Shown here: positions 17,011-29,447 of the stretch, in pieces
Layout of the letters: each line of letters opens with the position of its first letter
How positions within the stretch are numbered: position 1 is the stretch's first letter
Source: Eledone cirrhosa
Taxonomy: Eukaryota
NCBI GenBank assembly: GCA_964016885.1
Contig: OZ024747.1
Location: 43,896,001 to 43,960,000 of the forward strand
Direction: 5' to 3'
Length of the DNA stretch: 64,000 bases
Position numbers and translations under genes: made by a program
The notes under the pieces: model-generated
The model's input: the letters and a program-made list of their open reading frames with translations, nothing else
Told to the model about the DNA's origin: nothing
Databases searched by the model: none

Positions 17011-17152
17011 GAACAAGTATGACCCCGACGGCAGAGCTCAAGCCGTTTCGTCGGGGTCATACTTGTTCCTATTACCCACTCTACTACACTAAGTATTGAG
17101 TATTTTGGTGCGTTATGGTCCATCTGGTTCCTTACCACAATTCCTTCGTTTT
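17011..17152 (+). mobile_element. Short PLE-tail-like element (family D) with 5' fold-back, inside (TA)n
   Basis: Hairpin gaacaagtatgaccccgacg...cgtcggggtcatacttgttc; homologous to 23066-23208, 23711-23848 and 53868-54084. Confidence 0.8.
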
Positions 17153-17290
17153 ATATATATATATATTCACATATAATGTACGTATCTATATATATATATT
17201 AAAACTCCATGAATATTTCTTTGTTGAGTGCTTTTAATCTATTGTAAAACTGTATTCATTGAGTAATCAATGAAACATATTAATCTTTGG

Positions 17291-17352
<62 letters not shown>

Positions 17353-17489
17353 CCAAAGATTAATATGGTTCATTGATTACTCAATGAATACAGTTTTACA
17401 ATAGATTAAAAGCACTCAACAAAGAAATATTCCTGGAGTTTTAATATTATTCAAAATATTAACAAGTGAAGATATTCACATAATCAAAA

Positions 17490-17566
17490 TATATGCTTTA
17501 TTATATATATTTCGAAGGTACTGTGTTGTTTTTTTTCCAGTACGTCCTCGTCAGATAAAATATATG
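17490..17566 (-). ncRNA. Type I hammerhead ribozyme (inverted copy)
   Basis: Reverse complement reads ttttat-CTGACGA-ggacgtac...gtaccttc-GAAA-tatata-TA-ataaag. Confidence 0.8.
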
Positions 17567-17625
17567 ATTTGATATATGACATACCTCTATGGTCCTCATA
17601 TTTCAATTCCAGTATTGGCAGTTAC

Positions 17626-17702
17626 ATATATTTTATCTGACGAGGACGTATGGAAAAAAACAACAACACAGTACCTTCGAAATATATATAATAAAGCATA
17701 TA
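17626..17702 (+). ncRNA. Type I hammerhead ribozyme
   Basis: tatattttat-CTGACGA-ggacgta...gtaccttc-GAAA-tatata-TA-ataaagcata. Confidence 0.8.
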
Positions 17703-17740
17703 TTTTGATTATGTGAATATTTTCATTTGTTAATATTTTG

Positions 17741-17800
<60 letters not shown>

Positions 17801-17865
17801 CACTAACAAAAAACAGAGAGGCAGTACAAATGGTAGTTTATTAGATTCATATATATATATATATG

Positions 17866-17959
<94 letters not shown>

Positions 17960-17963
<4 letters not shown>

Positions 17964-18485
17964 AATGAATATATGATAGCGATAAACACTGATACAAGTA
18001 TACATGTGTTCGCATTGCAAATCACCAAGTTAGCTAGATTGAAAAATACTAATTAAAATAATACGGTTTGCCTGTCTCGATTTAAAATAATAAATCAATA
18101 AAATCAAACCTATATTGATACCTGGACAAATTTAAAATTTAAAATTTTAAATTTGTTTCGCAACAGAAGAGCACAGGAATAGGAAATTTCACTTAATTGT
18201 TGAGAAACAAATTTAAAATTTAAAATTTGTCCAGGTATCACGGCTGTTGCCAATATAGGTTTGTTTTTATTGATTTATTATTTTAAATCGAGACAGGCAG
18301 ACCGTATTATTTTAATTAGCATTTTTAAATCTAGCTAATTGGTCATTTGCAATACAAACACTTATATACTTATATTAGTGTTTATCCCTATCATATATTC
18401 ATTTGTATTAGACGGCTCAGAAATATTCCTTTCTTTGAGCTATTTAATTGTAAAAGACTATTTGAGTTTATTACTCCATATATAA
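17960..18485. mobile_element. Fold-back copy of the 503-nt HHR element family (see 63347)
   Basis: 17960-18168 is the reverse complement of ~18198-18408; the + arm matches 63775-64000 and 63347-63600; both ends in (TA)n. Confidence 0.85.
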
Positions 18486-18567
<82 letters not shown>

Positions 18568-18650
18568 GAAAAATTGAACAGGGACAGAACAGAGAGGCAG
18601 TACGATAAATGTTTATTAAATTCACGCTCAGGAGAGTGGGGGGTAGGTGG

Positions 18651-18690
18651 GGGACGACGTTTCGGGCATAAGCCCTTCTTCAGGTGAGAA
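18651..18690 (-). ncRNA. Minimal hammerhead ribozyme in PLE 3' region
   Basis: Reverse complement CTGAAGA-agggc(ttat)gccc-GAAA-cg-TC; stem I only weakly paired. Confidence 0.75.
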
Positions 18691-19524
18691 GTCTGTGGGA
18701 ACAGAGTTCAAAAGGTGTGTAGGGGAGTGGTGGAGAGACATATAGCGAAAGGAAACGGTGCGAATGAAAAATTAACAAATAAAGACAAAAATATAATAAA
18801 TAATAAATAAAATTAAAGCATGATCAAAATACAAGGAATGAGAAAATTTAAAAATAAAGGCATGATCAAAATAAACTGAAATTAAAAGGGGGGTAAACAG
18901 GTGGTGGAAGGGTGTGGGGTGAGTAGGGGTGGTGGCGGGTGGAGTGGGGAGAGGGAGACGGGGTGTCCGAGCGGGGAGGGCTGAAGGTGGTGTGTGTGGT
19001 TAGGTGTGCGTGTGTGTGTGTGTGTATGTGAAAGTGAGGGTTGGGGGAAGAACGGGGTTGCATGTTCAGGAAGGTGTGTGTGTGGGGGGGGGTTGTGGGT
19101 CGGAGCGTCTGTGCGTGTGTGGATAGGGGGGTGGGGGGAGAGGAATCAGGAGGCTGAGGGTGTAAATATGTGGTGGGAAGCACGTGTGTGTGGTTTAAGC
19201 GTGTTGTGGGTGTGGGTGGCGTGTGGATAAAAAAAATGTGTTGGGGGTGTGTGTGTGGGTGAGTTATATAGGTGATGGTGTAAGAGGATGGTTGAAAAGT
19301 TGGTAAGTTACACCGATCTTTGGAGATTTTGGTTAGAAGTCAATATCGCGTGTGGGTAATCCAAGAAGCGGTGGTCGGAAGAGGAGAGATGTGGGGTGCG
19401 CGCGCAACAGGAAGTGGTCAGCAGTGGGAGTGCTGTGGTCAGTTTGTGCTGAGACAGTGGTCGGAAGGGCATAGCAGCAGTCGGCGGAATGGTAGGATGG
19501 GGAGGTGTGAGAGTTGGAGTAAGG

Positions 19525-19561
<37 letters not shown>

Positions 19562-20047
19562 TAGTAGGGGTGTTAGTGGGATGAGTGAGTGTGGAGCGGG
19601 GAGAGAAGGGTGTGTGTGGTTCTATGGAGGGTGTGTGGTGTACTGGTGTGTGTGTAGTTTGGTGAAGAGGTGTTAGTGGGTGTTAGTATACGGGAGGTGG
19701 GGAGGGGTGGAATGCAGGTGTGAGTGGGGGTTAGTGGGGGTAGGGTGTGTAGAGTTGGTGGTGTACGAGGGTATGTGGGTACGTGTGCGTGGGGTTGGAG
19801 GGTGTTAGTGATGTTAGTTGCGTGTGGGGTGGGTGGTGTAAGTGGGTGCGTGTGTGCGTGTGATAAGGAGGGGGGAGGAGGAGAAGAGGGAGGGAAGGGA
19901 TGTTAGTATGTTAGTTGGGGAAGGGTGGTCAGATGAGGGGTGGAGTGGAGGTGTAAGTATTGTTAGTGTGGGGTGGGCGGTGAAAAGGAGGGGTGTGTTA
20001 GTGGTGTTAGTGGGGGATAAGTGTGGGGGGAGGGGGGCGGTCGAACG

Positions 20048-22794
20048 CTAAAGGAATAAGGGTGGGGAGTTCAGGCCGGGGGGAGTGTGGGTCTGTAAGA
20101 TGAAGATAGTGCGTTGTTCGACCGTAAGGCGATGGGTGGGTGTTCCGTGGCACTGGAGTAGGCCACAGACTGTGAGATGGCGTGCGGAGTGTCCAGGGCC
20201 ACCAAAGTGGCGGGCGATGGGGGAACTGCCCCCGAGACGAATATCCCGGAGGTGCTCCGTAGACTAGGTTGGAGGAGGTGCAGCGGAAGGCATGCCGGAC
20301 CGAGAGAGGGTGGCCGTTGGGACCCTGGAAGGTGGTGGTGTTGGTGATGTGGGGACAGGTGTTGCAGCGGGGCCTAGAACAGGGGAAGGAACCGGAGGGG
20401 GGGGAAACGGAGAGTGGGTTGGGGGGTAGGGAGCTGTGGACGAGGAGGGTGCGGAGATTGCGTGCGCGTTTGAAGGAGGGGAGTGGTGGGGTTAGGAAGA
20501 TGTGGGAGGTGGAGGGGTCGGACTGGAGGCGTCGGAAGAGGCGGCGGATGGTGCGGTGGAGGGGTAAGGTGGAGGGGTGGTAGGTGATCGGGAAGGGGAG
20601 ACGGTGGGTGGGTGTGCGGTGGAGTGGGGTGAGGGTGGTGAAGCGGGGGATAGCACGGGCGCGGGTGAGAGCGGTGTGGACGAGAGGGGGGTAACCTCTG
20701 CGGATGAAATGGCTGACTAGGGAAAGGGCCTGGGACTCGAAGTCAGCATCTCGGCTACAGAGGCGGCGGATCCTGAGAAGTTGGGAGTAGGGAATGGAGA
20801 GTTTAGTGTGGGTGGGGTGGGAAGAGGTGAAGTCGAGGTAAGAGTGGGAGTCGGTGGGTTTGAAGAAGGCGGAGGTGACGAGGGAGTGGTGGGAGGGGTC
20901 GAAGGCGACGGAGATGTCCAAGAAGTGGACGTGGGTGGTGGAGATAGAGGTGGTGAAGTGGAGGGGGGGGGGGGGGGGGAAGGAGCAGAAGAAGGAGAGA
21001 AAGGAGTCGAGCTGTACTCGGGTGAGGGTCGTGGCTCCGATACAGTCGTCAATGTAACGACCGTACAGTTCGGGCGTGGGGCCGGTGTACTGGGCAAAGA
21101 TTTGGGCCTCAACATGGCCAACAAAAAGGTTGGCATAGTTCGGGCCCATTCTTGTGCCCATGGCTAACCCCGTGACCTGTTGGTAAAACTCACCCGAGAA
21201 GGAGAAACAATTTAGGGTGAGGACCTGCTCGGCGAGGCGAAGGAGGGTGGGGTTGGAGGGAATGGGGGAGGGGCGAAGGTCGAGGTAGTGTTTGAGGGCG
21301 CGAAGGCCGTCGGCGTGGGGGATGACGGTATAGAGGGACTTGATGTCTAGGGTGAAGAGGAATGGCTGAGGGCCGGGTAGGTAGGTGAAGGAGTCGAAAA
21401 GACGCAGGGCGTGGTTGGTGTCGGAGATGTGGGAGGGGAGGGTGGTGACAAGGGGGGCGAGGAGGGAGTCGAGAAAGGCGGAGAGGAGTTCGGTGGGGCA
21501 GTTGCAAGCGGAGACGATGGGGCGGCCGGGGTTGTCGGGTTTGTGGAGTTTGGGGAGGAAGTAGATGGTGGGGGTGCGGGGGGTGCGGACGATGAGGTGG
21601 GAAGCGGTGGGGGGAGGAGGGAGGAGGCGATAAGGTCTTTGATGGTGGAGGAGACTTGTTGTTGGTAGAGGGGGGTGGGATCGGAGGGTAGAGGGCGGTA
21701 AAAGAGGGGGTTACAGAGCTGCCTGAGGGCTTCGGCCGTGTAGAGGTCCGCGCGCCATACCACAACGGCGCCTCCCTTGTCCGCCGGTTTGATGACGATG
21801 TCATCTCGGCTACGGAGGGAGCGGAGAGCGAGGAGTTCGCCCCGTGAGATGTTGTGCCGTTTGGAACGGTGGCGGAAGTCGAAACGATTTACTGCGCTAC
21901 GGCTGGCATCGACGAAGGCGTCCAGGGTGCTAAATTGCCCTGGGGCCGGCGTCCAAGAAGATGGTCGTCGGCCCAGGGCGAGAAACGGGTCTGGGGCGTC
22001 CGGAGCCGGTGGTGTTCGGCTGAAATGTGCCTGTAGCTTAGTGCGTCGCACGAATCGCTCGACTTCCGTTCGGGTGCGGAACTCGTCGTTGAGCGGAGTG
22101 TGGGGTGTGAAGCGAAGGCCTCTACTAAGGAGTGAGCGCTCAGGTGCGGAGAGGGGGAGGTCAGGGGGTATGGTGACAACAAGGGGTGGGGTTTGGGTGT
22201 TTGGGGAGGGAAGGGAGGGTGTGGTGAGGGGTGAGGTGGAGGGTGGAGATTGGGTAGGGGTGTGGGTCGGGGGAGAGGTGGAGAGTGGTGGGCGTATTGG
22301 GATGGGCGGGCGGTGGTGGATAGGGGGGTTGGGAGGAGTGAGTGTAGCTTGCGGGCTTTGGTGGAGCTGAGGAACGAGAAGAGGTTGTGGTTGAGGTTGT
22401 AGATGAAGGAGAGGATGGCTTGGGCGAGGAGGGGGTGGCAGGTGGAGTAAAGGCGGAGGAGGGTGGGGGTCAGTTGGTGGTCAAGTAGGCGGAGGGTGGA
22501 ACGGGAGGCGCGGATGGAGTTGCGCATCAGAAGGCGTGAGGATCGGGTGAGGATACGTTGCGTGGAGGGGGAAGCAGCGGGGGAGGGGTGGAAGTGTAGA
22601 CGGAAGCCGAGGGGGATAAGGTGGAGGCGGAGGCAGTGGCTGAGGAAATGGATGTGGCTGGAGTGCCGGGTTTTGGCGAAGAGAAGGTAGGAGAGTTGAA
22701 GGGCGGAGGGGAGATAGCAGGGTGGAAGGAGGGGGGTGAGGAAAAGTTTGAGGCGATTGTGGAGTTGGTGGAGAAAGGATCTCAGGTTGGCCAT
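20048..22794 (-). pseudogene. PLE polyprotein (RT + GIY-YIG endonuclease), frameshifted, with 71-bp deletion in the endonuclease
   Basis: ATG at 22794 (MANLRSFL); IVIKPADKGGAVVV, YFLPKLHKPDNPGRPIVS, TLDIKSLYT, AMGTRMGPNYANLF, RYIDDCI; frameshifts near 22300 and 21610. Confidence 0.9.
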
Positions 22795-22962
22795 GATGGG
22801 CGTTTGGTGAAAGCAAGGGGAGGGATGAGAGGGCGGGAGTGTGAAGCGGGGTGGAGTGAACGAAGGGGTGAGTGCGAAGGATAGGCAGAGACGGGGAAGG
22901 GAAAAAGAAACAGAAAAACGTAGGGAGGGGGGGAGTAAACACCGGAAAATTAAAGACAAAAA

Positions 22963-23018
<56 letters not shown>

Positions 23019-23065
23019 CATATATATATATATATATATGATTTATATGTACGTATATATATATA

Positions 23066-23208
23066 GGAAAAGATATCTAGCTGTCGAAACGGCCGGAGCT
23101 CAGCCGTCGGGTCCTGACTCTTTTCCTATTACCCACTCTACTACACTAAGTATCGAGTACTCTGGTGCGTTAAGATCCACCTGGTTTCTTACCACACCTT
23201 CTTTGCTA
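23066..23208 (+). mobile_element. Family D short element (3' half of HHR plus tail)
   Basis: gtc-GAAA-cggccggagctcagccg-TC-ggg followed by the shared tail cctattacccactctactacactaag. Confidence 0.75.
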
Positions 23209-23265
23209 ATATATATATATATACCATGATATTAAATAAATGTAAACTATTTATAAAACCATATT

Positions 23266-23331
23266 TATTTTATTATATATATTTCAAGGGCAACCAAGCA
23301 AACCTTGGTGCGCTTTCATCAGATAAAATAC
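23266..23331 (-). ncRNA. Type I hammerhead ribozyme
   Basis: Reverse complement tattttat-CTGATGA-aagcgcaccaag(gtttg)cttggttgccctt-GAAA-tatata-TA-ataaaata; within a ~175-bp island between TA tracts. Confidence 0.85.
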
Positions 23332-23440
23332 AAAGTTTGTTTTATAAATAAAACGTACCCATGAAAATCATACCTTATCGGTCGGAAATTCACTGGATAG
23401 TGTATATATATATATATGTGTGTGTGTCTGTGTATGTGTT

Positions 23441-23477
<37 letters not shown>

Positions 23478-23539
23478 TTACGATTATGTTTGTGTTCATC
23501 TATATACCTATAACTATCTATATGTGTATATAAATATAC

Positions 23540-23589
<50 letters not shown>

Positions 23590-23594
<5 letters not shown>

Positions 23595-23678
23595 CAACAT
23601 GACCCTCCCAAAGCATAACAATATCGGTTTCAACACACGATTTCAGATAAAGAACCTTGCTAAACAAATTCAGAAACG

Positions 23679-23682
<4 letters not shown>
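23590..23682 (+). mobile_element. ~90-bp 3' terminus of the 44341-44892 family, in (TA)n
   Basis: Near-identical to 44800-44892. Confidence 0.85.
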
Positions 23683-23710
<28 letters not shown>

Positions 23711-23712
<2 letters not shown>

Positions 23713-23848
23713 CAAAGGAATTGTGGTAAGGAACCAGATGGGCCATTACGTACCAGAGTACTCAATACTTAGGGTAGTAGAGCGGGAAATAGGAAAAAGT
23801 ATGAACCCAACGGCTTGAGCTCTGCTGTCGGTGTCATACTATTTCCTA
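23711..23848 (-). mobile_element. Family D short element, with inverted 5' piece
   Basis: Reverse complement of the family D tail, ending in a hairpin (ggaaaaagtatga...tcatactatttcc). Confidence 0.75.
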
Positions 23849-24007
23849 TATATATTTAGAGAGAGCGAGAGAGAGAGAGAGAGAGGAGGTAGGGAGTTGG
23901 AGATTTTACCCACTTTATGTGTGGGTCACTTTAACGGCCTGACCTCATACTATCTGGCAGTGCGCCATATATTTACAAACTGTGAGACTTTACGTCCTAT
24001 AGAATGG

Positions 24008-24096
24008 AAATAGCCATCTGAAGAGCTGATCTTTCCGTTGGAAATTCTCTGGATTTCCAATCTTTTGTGAAGCGGAACCGGCGGTAATAGCATTTT
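24008..24096 (+). ncRNA. Degenerate hammerhead with extended stem II
   Basis: gccat-CTGAAGA-gct...ttggaaat..atttccaa...agc-GGAA-ccggcgg-TA-atagc; GAAA changed to GGAA. Confidence 0.55.
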
Positions 24097-24234
24097 GGAC
24101 AGGTGAATATTTAAATCGTATTTTAATTTATTTAAAAGATTGTTTAATGTTTGCTTGTTCCGCTCATCTAAATGTTATATATATATATATATAATAAGGA
24201 GTTGACGGACCCAGAATATTTGTCAATGTCAGGA

Positions 24235-24291
<57 letters not shown>

Positions 24292-24297
24292 CACACA

Positions 24298-24558
<261 letters not shown>

Positions 24559-24672
24559 GAGATCTGTATGTAAGTGTGTGGGTGCCTGTACAAATACATA
24601 TTTGATATTTATATATACTGTAGATACATTTCTGCATATCAACGGGAAAATGTACAAATAATAACTTAACGT

Positions 24673-24718
<46 letters not shown>

Positions 24719-25010
24719 TCATATGCACAACGTTTGGCTTTTGTTTTTAACCAGCTTAATGAAAGCTGCCCACTTCCCACAGTTAATTGCCTGTCACGAT
24801 GAGCAAAAGATAATCAATAGATGTTTTAATTGACTTCTATTTGACGATACTTGTATAGAAATATATATGTGTGTGTGTCCCTGTGTGTGTGTGGTGTCAC
24901 ACACATATATATATAGAGAGAGAGGGGGTGGGAGGTAGAGAGAGAGTGAGAAAGGAGTGTGAGTGAGAGAGAGAGGGAGTGAAGGGGGAAAGTTGTACAT
25001 GCATACACAC

Positions 25011-25047
<37 letters not shown>

Positions 25048-25080
25048 AGTGAAGGGGGAAAGTTGTACATCCATACACAC

Positions 25081-25167
<87 letters not shown>

Positions 25168-25195
25168 TACATATACATACAAACACACAGAAATA

Positions 25196-25266
<71 letters not shown>

Positions 25267-26023
25267 CATGTGTCTGTGTGTTTATGAGAGTGTATTATGC
25301 ATACATAAGTCCCGCCAATGAATACCCGCGCCGTGTAGCCACCCCCATACACCCCACTCCTCCGTTTTCCATCGCCCACACCAAACACCCTGTCTTCTAA
25401 CTTCCCCCACAACCACCATCAATGCCATCGCCAACACAACCACACAACCACCTCCACTACCGCCACCATATATGCATACTCACATACACAAGTATTCACG
25501 AATGAACAAAGAAAGATAGTTAGACTGAAACATGGAAGGGAACGTCTGAGAAAAGCTTTGTGATATGTCTCTATAATTTGTCAATGAATATGTTGGGTTT
25601 ATTTTCAATCCTGCTTGCAACCATGCAGATGGCATGTCAACTCTAACTGACAGGGGAGGATGCAATCGTTGTGAATTAGTGGTGTTAAGGGGAGGAGAGG
25701 ATCATTAGTAATAAGAGAATGAAAGGAAAGAAGATAGTCTGGGGGGGGGGGGTAGCGGGAGATAGGCAGAGACTGGTGTGAAAAGAGTAAAGGAATGGTT
25801 AAGAGAGCAAATAACATATACATAGTGGGTGTAAATGGGCAAGAGAGGATGAAAGACTGTGTGGAAGTGGTAAAAGCTATTTGAGGGACGAGAGATAGGT
25901 GGGGGAATGTGGGAGATAGAGATAAATACGCAGAAAGAGAAAGAACAGATAAGTAGATAGATAGATTGATTAATAGATAGATATATAGATATATAGATAT
26001 ATTTCTTTATTAGCCACAAGGGC

Positions 26024-26102
<79 letters not shown>

Positions 26103-26719
26103 CTTTATTTGCCACAAGGGCGCAAAAGAAATGGGATATTACAAGACGTGACGGCGGTGGTGTTACATAAAAATTGTAGATAGAAAATAGATAGATAAAT
26201 AAATAGATGAATAGTGTAATATGTAGAGAAAGTAGATGGATACAGAGAGAGTGTAAAGGGAGTGTAAGAAGAGGAAGACGAATAAGTTGGTATGTAATTA
26301 GAGAGAGAGAGAGATATATATATCTGAGAAAGGGAGTGAGAGATAAGGTAAAGGGAGATAGTGTATCAGGGAATATGAATAAAAAATATTCCCTGATAAA
26401 TATGGAGGCAATAAACCTCGAAGGATCGATGAAAAGTGGGATTATAAATGGTAAAAGGTGAGAGTTTATTTAGAGTATGAGCTGGAATTTAGTTAGATTC
26501 ATATTTCTGATTAATGATCGGCGAAAGCAGCGATCTTAGATTCCCTGCTGAATCTGTGACATCGCGAGAGAAGTTCTAAGGAGGTGCTATATCTTAGAAT
26601 GTGTGTGGTTTGTCATTACTGTTAGAGAATTATGCAATCTGAGATATAATGGCAGACGACAGATAAAAAGAAAAAATGTTAAATAGATAAAGAGCTCTCT
26701 CTGTGCGCAGCATTGCTGG

Positions 26720-27050
26720 ATGTTTATGAAGTTCGTTACAACATCATTAGGTCCTGGGTTCGATCTCATTGCGTCGCATTTTGAGCAAGTGTCATTTCCC
26801 ATAGCCGTGGGTCGATTAAAGCTTTGTTAGTGAAATTGTGTAGAAGTAAACTGTTTCGAAGCCCACCGGATTGATTGTACCTGTAATTCACAGGGCCAGC
26901 CTTGCAACACTGTGTCATGCTGAATCTTCCTGAGTACTAACTACATTAAGACTACATGAACCTATGAAATACTCAACCACATGAAAGTTAAATTCACGTG
27001 AGAGCTGTTCCGATGACCGAGCATCTTGTATAGTAAAACACGAAACCGAA
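26720..27050 (+). mobile_element. Diverged copy of tRNA-derived SINE family 2
   Basis: B box gggttcgatctc, ttgagcaag, and body similar to 56160-56360 (tgtaattca...cagccttg...tgaatct). Confidence 0.6.
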
Positions 27051-27127
27051 TAGAGTAATAGCTAATATAAACACCTATAATACTATAAATAAGGAAGCTA
27101 AAGAATTACCTATTTTTTTTTTTTTAA

Positions 27128-28747
27128 ATAGACAATAGAACAGAAAAACTTGCTCAACGTAATGCTTATATCACCCTCAAAGATCACAAACCTGATTGTA
27201 TTAATCATCCTAGTTGTAGATTAATCAACCCTGCTAAGACTGAAATCGGTCTTGCTAGCAAAAAAATATTAAATAATATAAACAAACATATTATAAGTAA
27301 GTCTGAATTACTCCAATGGATAAATAGCTCTTTCGTAATACAATGGTTTAATAATATTAAAGATAAAAATAGTTCTAGATTCACCCAATTTGACATTGTA
27401 GACACCTACCCGTCTATTACTCACCCTCTTTTAACGAAAGCCTTAAATTTCGCTAGAAAGTTTATCAATATTTCTGATATTGAAGAGAATGCCATTTTGC
27501 ATGCTAGAAACACTTTACTATTTACTAATAATGACACTTGGGTAAAAATATATAACACAGAGAACCCATTCGATGTCTCAATGGGTTCTTTTGACAGTGC
27601 TGACGTGTGTGATTTAGTCAGCCTATTCCTCCTACACACACTTAAAGAGAAATTGCTTAACCATTCCTTTGGGCTTTATCGTGACGATGGTCTAATACTT
27701 TCCCATACCACTATAGGCCATAACTTAGATAGATTAACGAAAGACTTAATAAAAAGCTTCGCTAGTTTTAATCTTAAAATTACCATTGACACTAACCTTT
27801 CCAATGTTAATTTTTTAGATATAAACCTAGATCTGCCTACTGCTTCTCATAAACCGTACCATAAACCTAATGAAAATTTAAAATATATAAATAAAGGCTC
27901 TTGCCATCCTCCTATAGTTTTTAAAAGACTTATCCCTAATATTAGCCGTAGGATCTCCACCCTCTCTTCCTCAGAAGCTATTTTCAATAAGGCATCCCCC
28001 TACTATAATAAAGCCCTTACAAATAGCGGATTTGGCGAACCGATTAAGTACATACCCCAAAATACTAACTCCTTTAAACATAATAATAGGAAAAGATAAA
28101 TAATCTGGATCACATCCCCCTACTCTTTAGCAGTTAAAACTAATGTAGGCAAAAAATTCCTAGAGCTCTTAGATAAACATTTCCCTAGAAAACATAGATA
28201 CTATAAGATCTTCAATAGAAACTGTGTCAAAATCAGCTACTCCTGCGGTCCCCCTATTAAATCTTATATCCTCAATAAGAAAATACCCAGAGAACATCAA
28301 AATTGCTCCTGTAGAGTCAAAAGTGAATGCCCATTACAGGGTAAATGCAACACCAAAGCCATTGTATATGCAGCTAAAGTGACAACCACCAGCAACAACA
28401 TACCAGCCACCAGCGAACGATATGTGGGTATGACACAAGACAAATTCAAAACGCGTTATTACTCACATGTCGCATCTTTCCGACATCCTGAAAAAAGATT
28501 TACAACAGCTCTGGCTAGCAGAATATGAGATTTGAAAGACCAAGGTATCCAATATAAATTAGATTGGTCAATTTTGAACCAATCTAAAGAATATGCAAGA
28601 GGAACAAGAAGATGCGCACTCTGGATAAGTGAAAGATATTGGATTTTACAGAACCTTAAATCACCAAAAACCTGCCTAAATGCAAAAACAGAAATGAATC
28701 ACCAGTTACCCACACATGAAATCAAACTTGCTTTCCAGCTCATATAA
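27128..28747 (+). mobile_element. 5'-truncated Penelope-like element of a different clade (possibly Nematis-type): RT + C-terminal GIY-YIG, pseudogenised
   Basis: AYITLKDHK, CRLINPAKTEIG, FDIVDTYPSI, FDVSMGSFDSA, GLYRDDGL, CSCRVKSECPLQGKC, IVY...RYVGMT..FKTRY; stops at 28097-28099 and 28526-28528. Confidence 0.88.
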
Positions 28748-29260
28748 ACTTAACTCACTTTCGGATACTTATCCTCCATAAACTCTTGTTCTTCACTTTC
28801 CTTAAATTACCCTCTTTACAGACTTCTCTTTCTGATTTACTTTTATATTTATTTTTAACTTTATTTTTACTTCACATCCACCAGCGGACCCCCCCCCCCT
28901 CCCGCTTTTTGATTCATTTACTTTATATCATCACAATTTCACATATTTTACTTCCCCATTTACTTTCACTATCTGATATCACTATGTCACTTGCGTTTTC
29001 AACTCCAGATATATTCTGTTGTCTCTCAGCCGCTTTTATGTATGTTTACTTGCGTATAATTTGTACTCATTTATTCATACGGCTGGTTTTTATATTGTAT
29101 CTTTGCGTGTGAGCGTGCATGTGTGTGTATGCATGTTTGTATATGTATACGAATGCATTCGTATGTGCGCGTGTGTGTGTATATGTGTGTGTGTATGTGT
29201 GTTTTTATAACTATGTTTTTTACATACTTATATATACGTGTGTGTGTGTATATGCATATG

Positions 29261-29343
<83 letters not shown>

Positions 29344-29407
29344 ATGTATGTGTGTATATGTATATATATATATATTTATATATATATATATATATATGTA
29401 TGTGTAT

Positions 29408-29447
<40 letters not shown>

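Larger units (their letters stand above)
17199..17746. mobile_element. HHR-bearing element in tail-to-tail and fold-back arrangement around (TA)n
   Basis: 17199-17293 is the reverse complement of 17350-17445; 17445-17566 is the reverse complement of 17626-17746. Confidence 0.85.
18565..22965 (-). mobile_element. Near full-length Neptune-type Penelope-like element, ~4.4 kb, inserted in (TA)n
   Basis: RT, Cys linker (PCSRPRCNTC), GIY-YIG remnant, ~1.4 kb 3' UTR with HHR; (TA)n on both sides; second copy at 51415-53667. Confidence 0.93.

Noticed and set aside
28526-28528. In-frame TGA as selenocysteine, as in Naiad PLEs
   Set aside because: Context fits a TGG (Trp) to TGA mutation, the endonuclease is C-terminal, another stop is TAA, and no SECIS was recognised.
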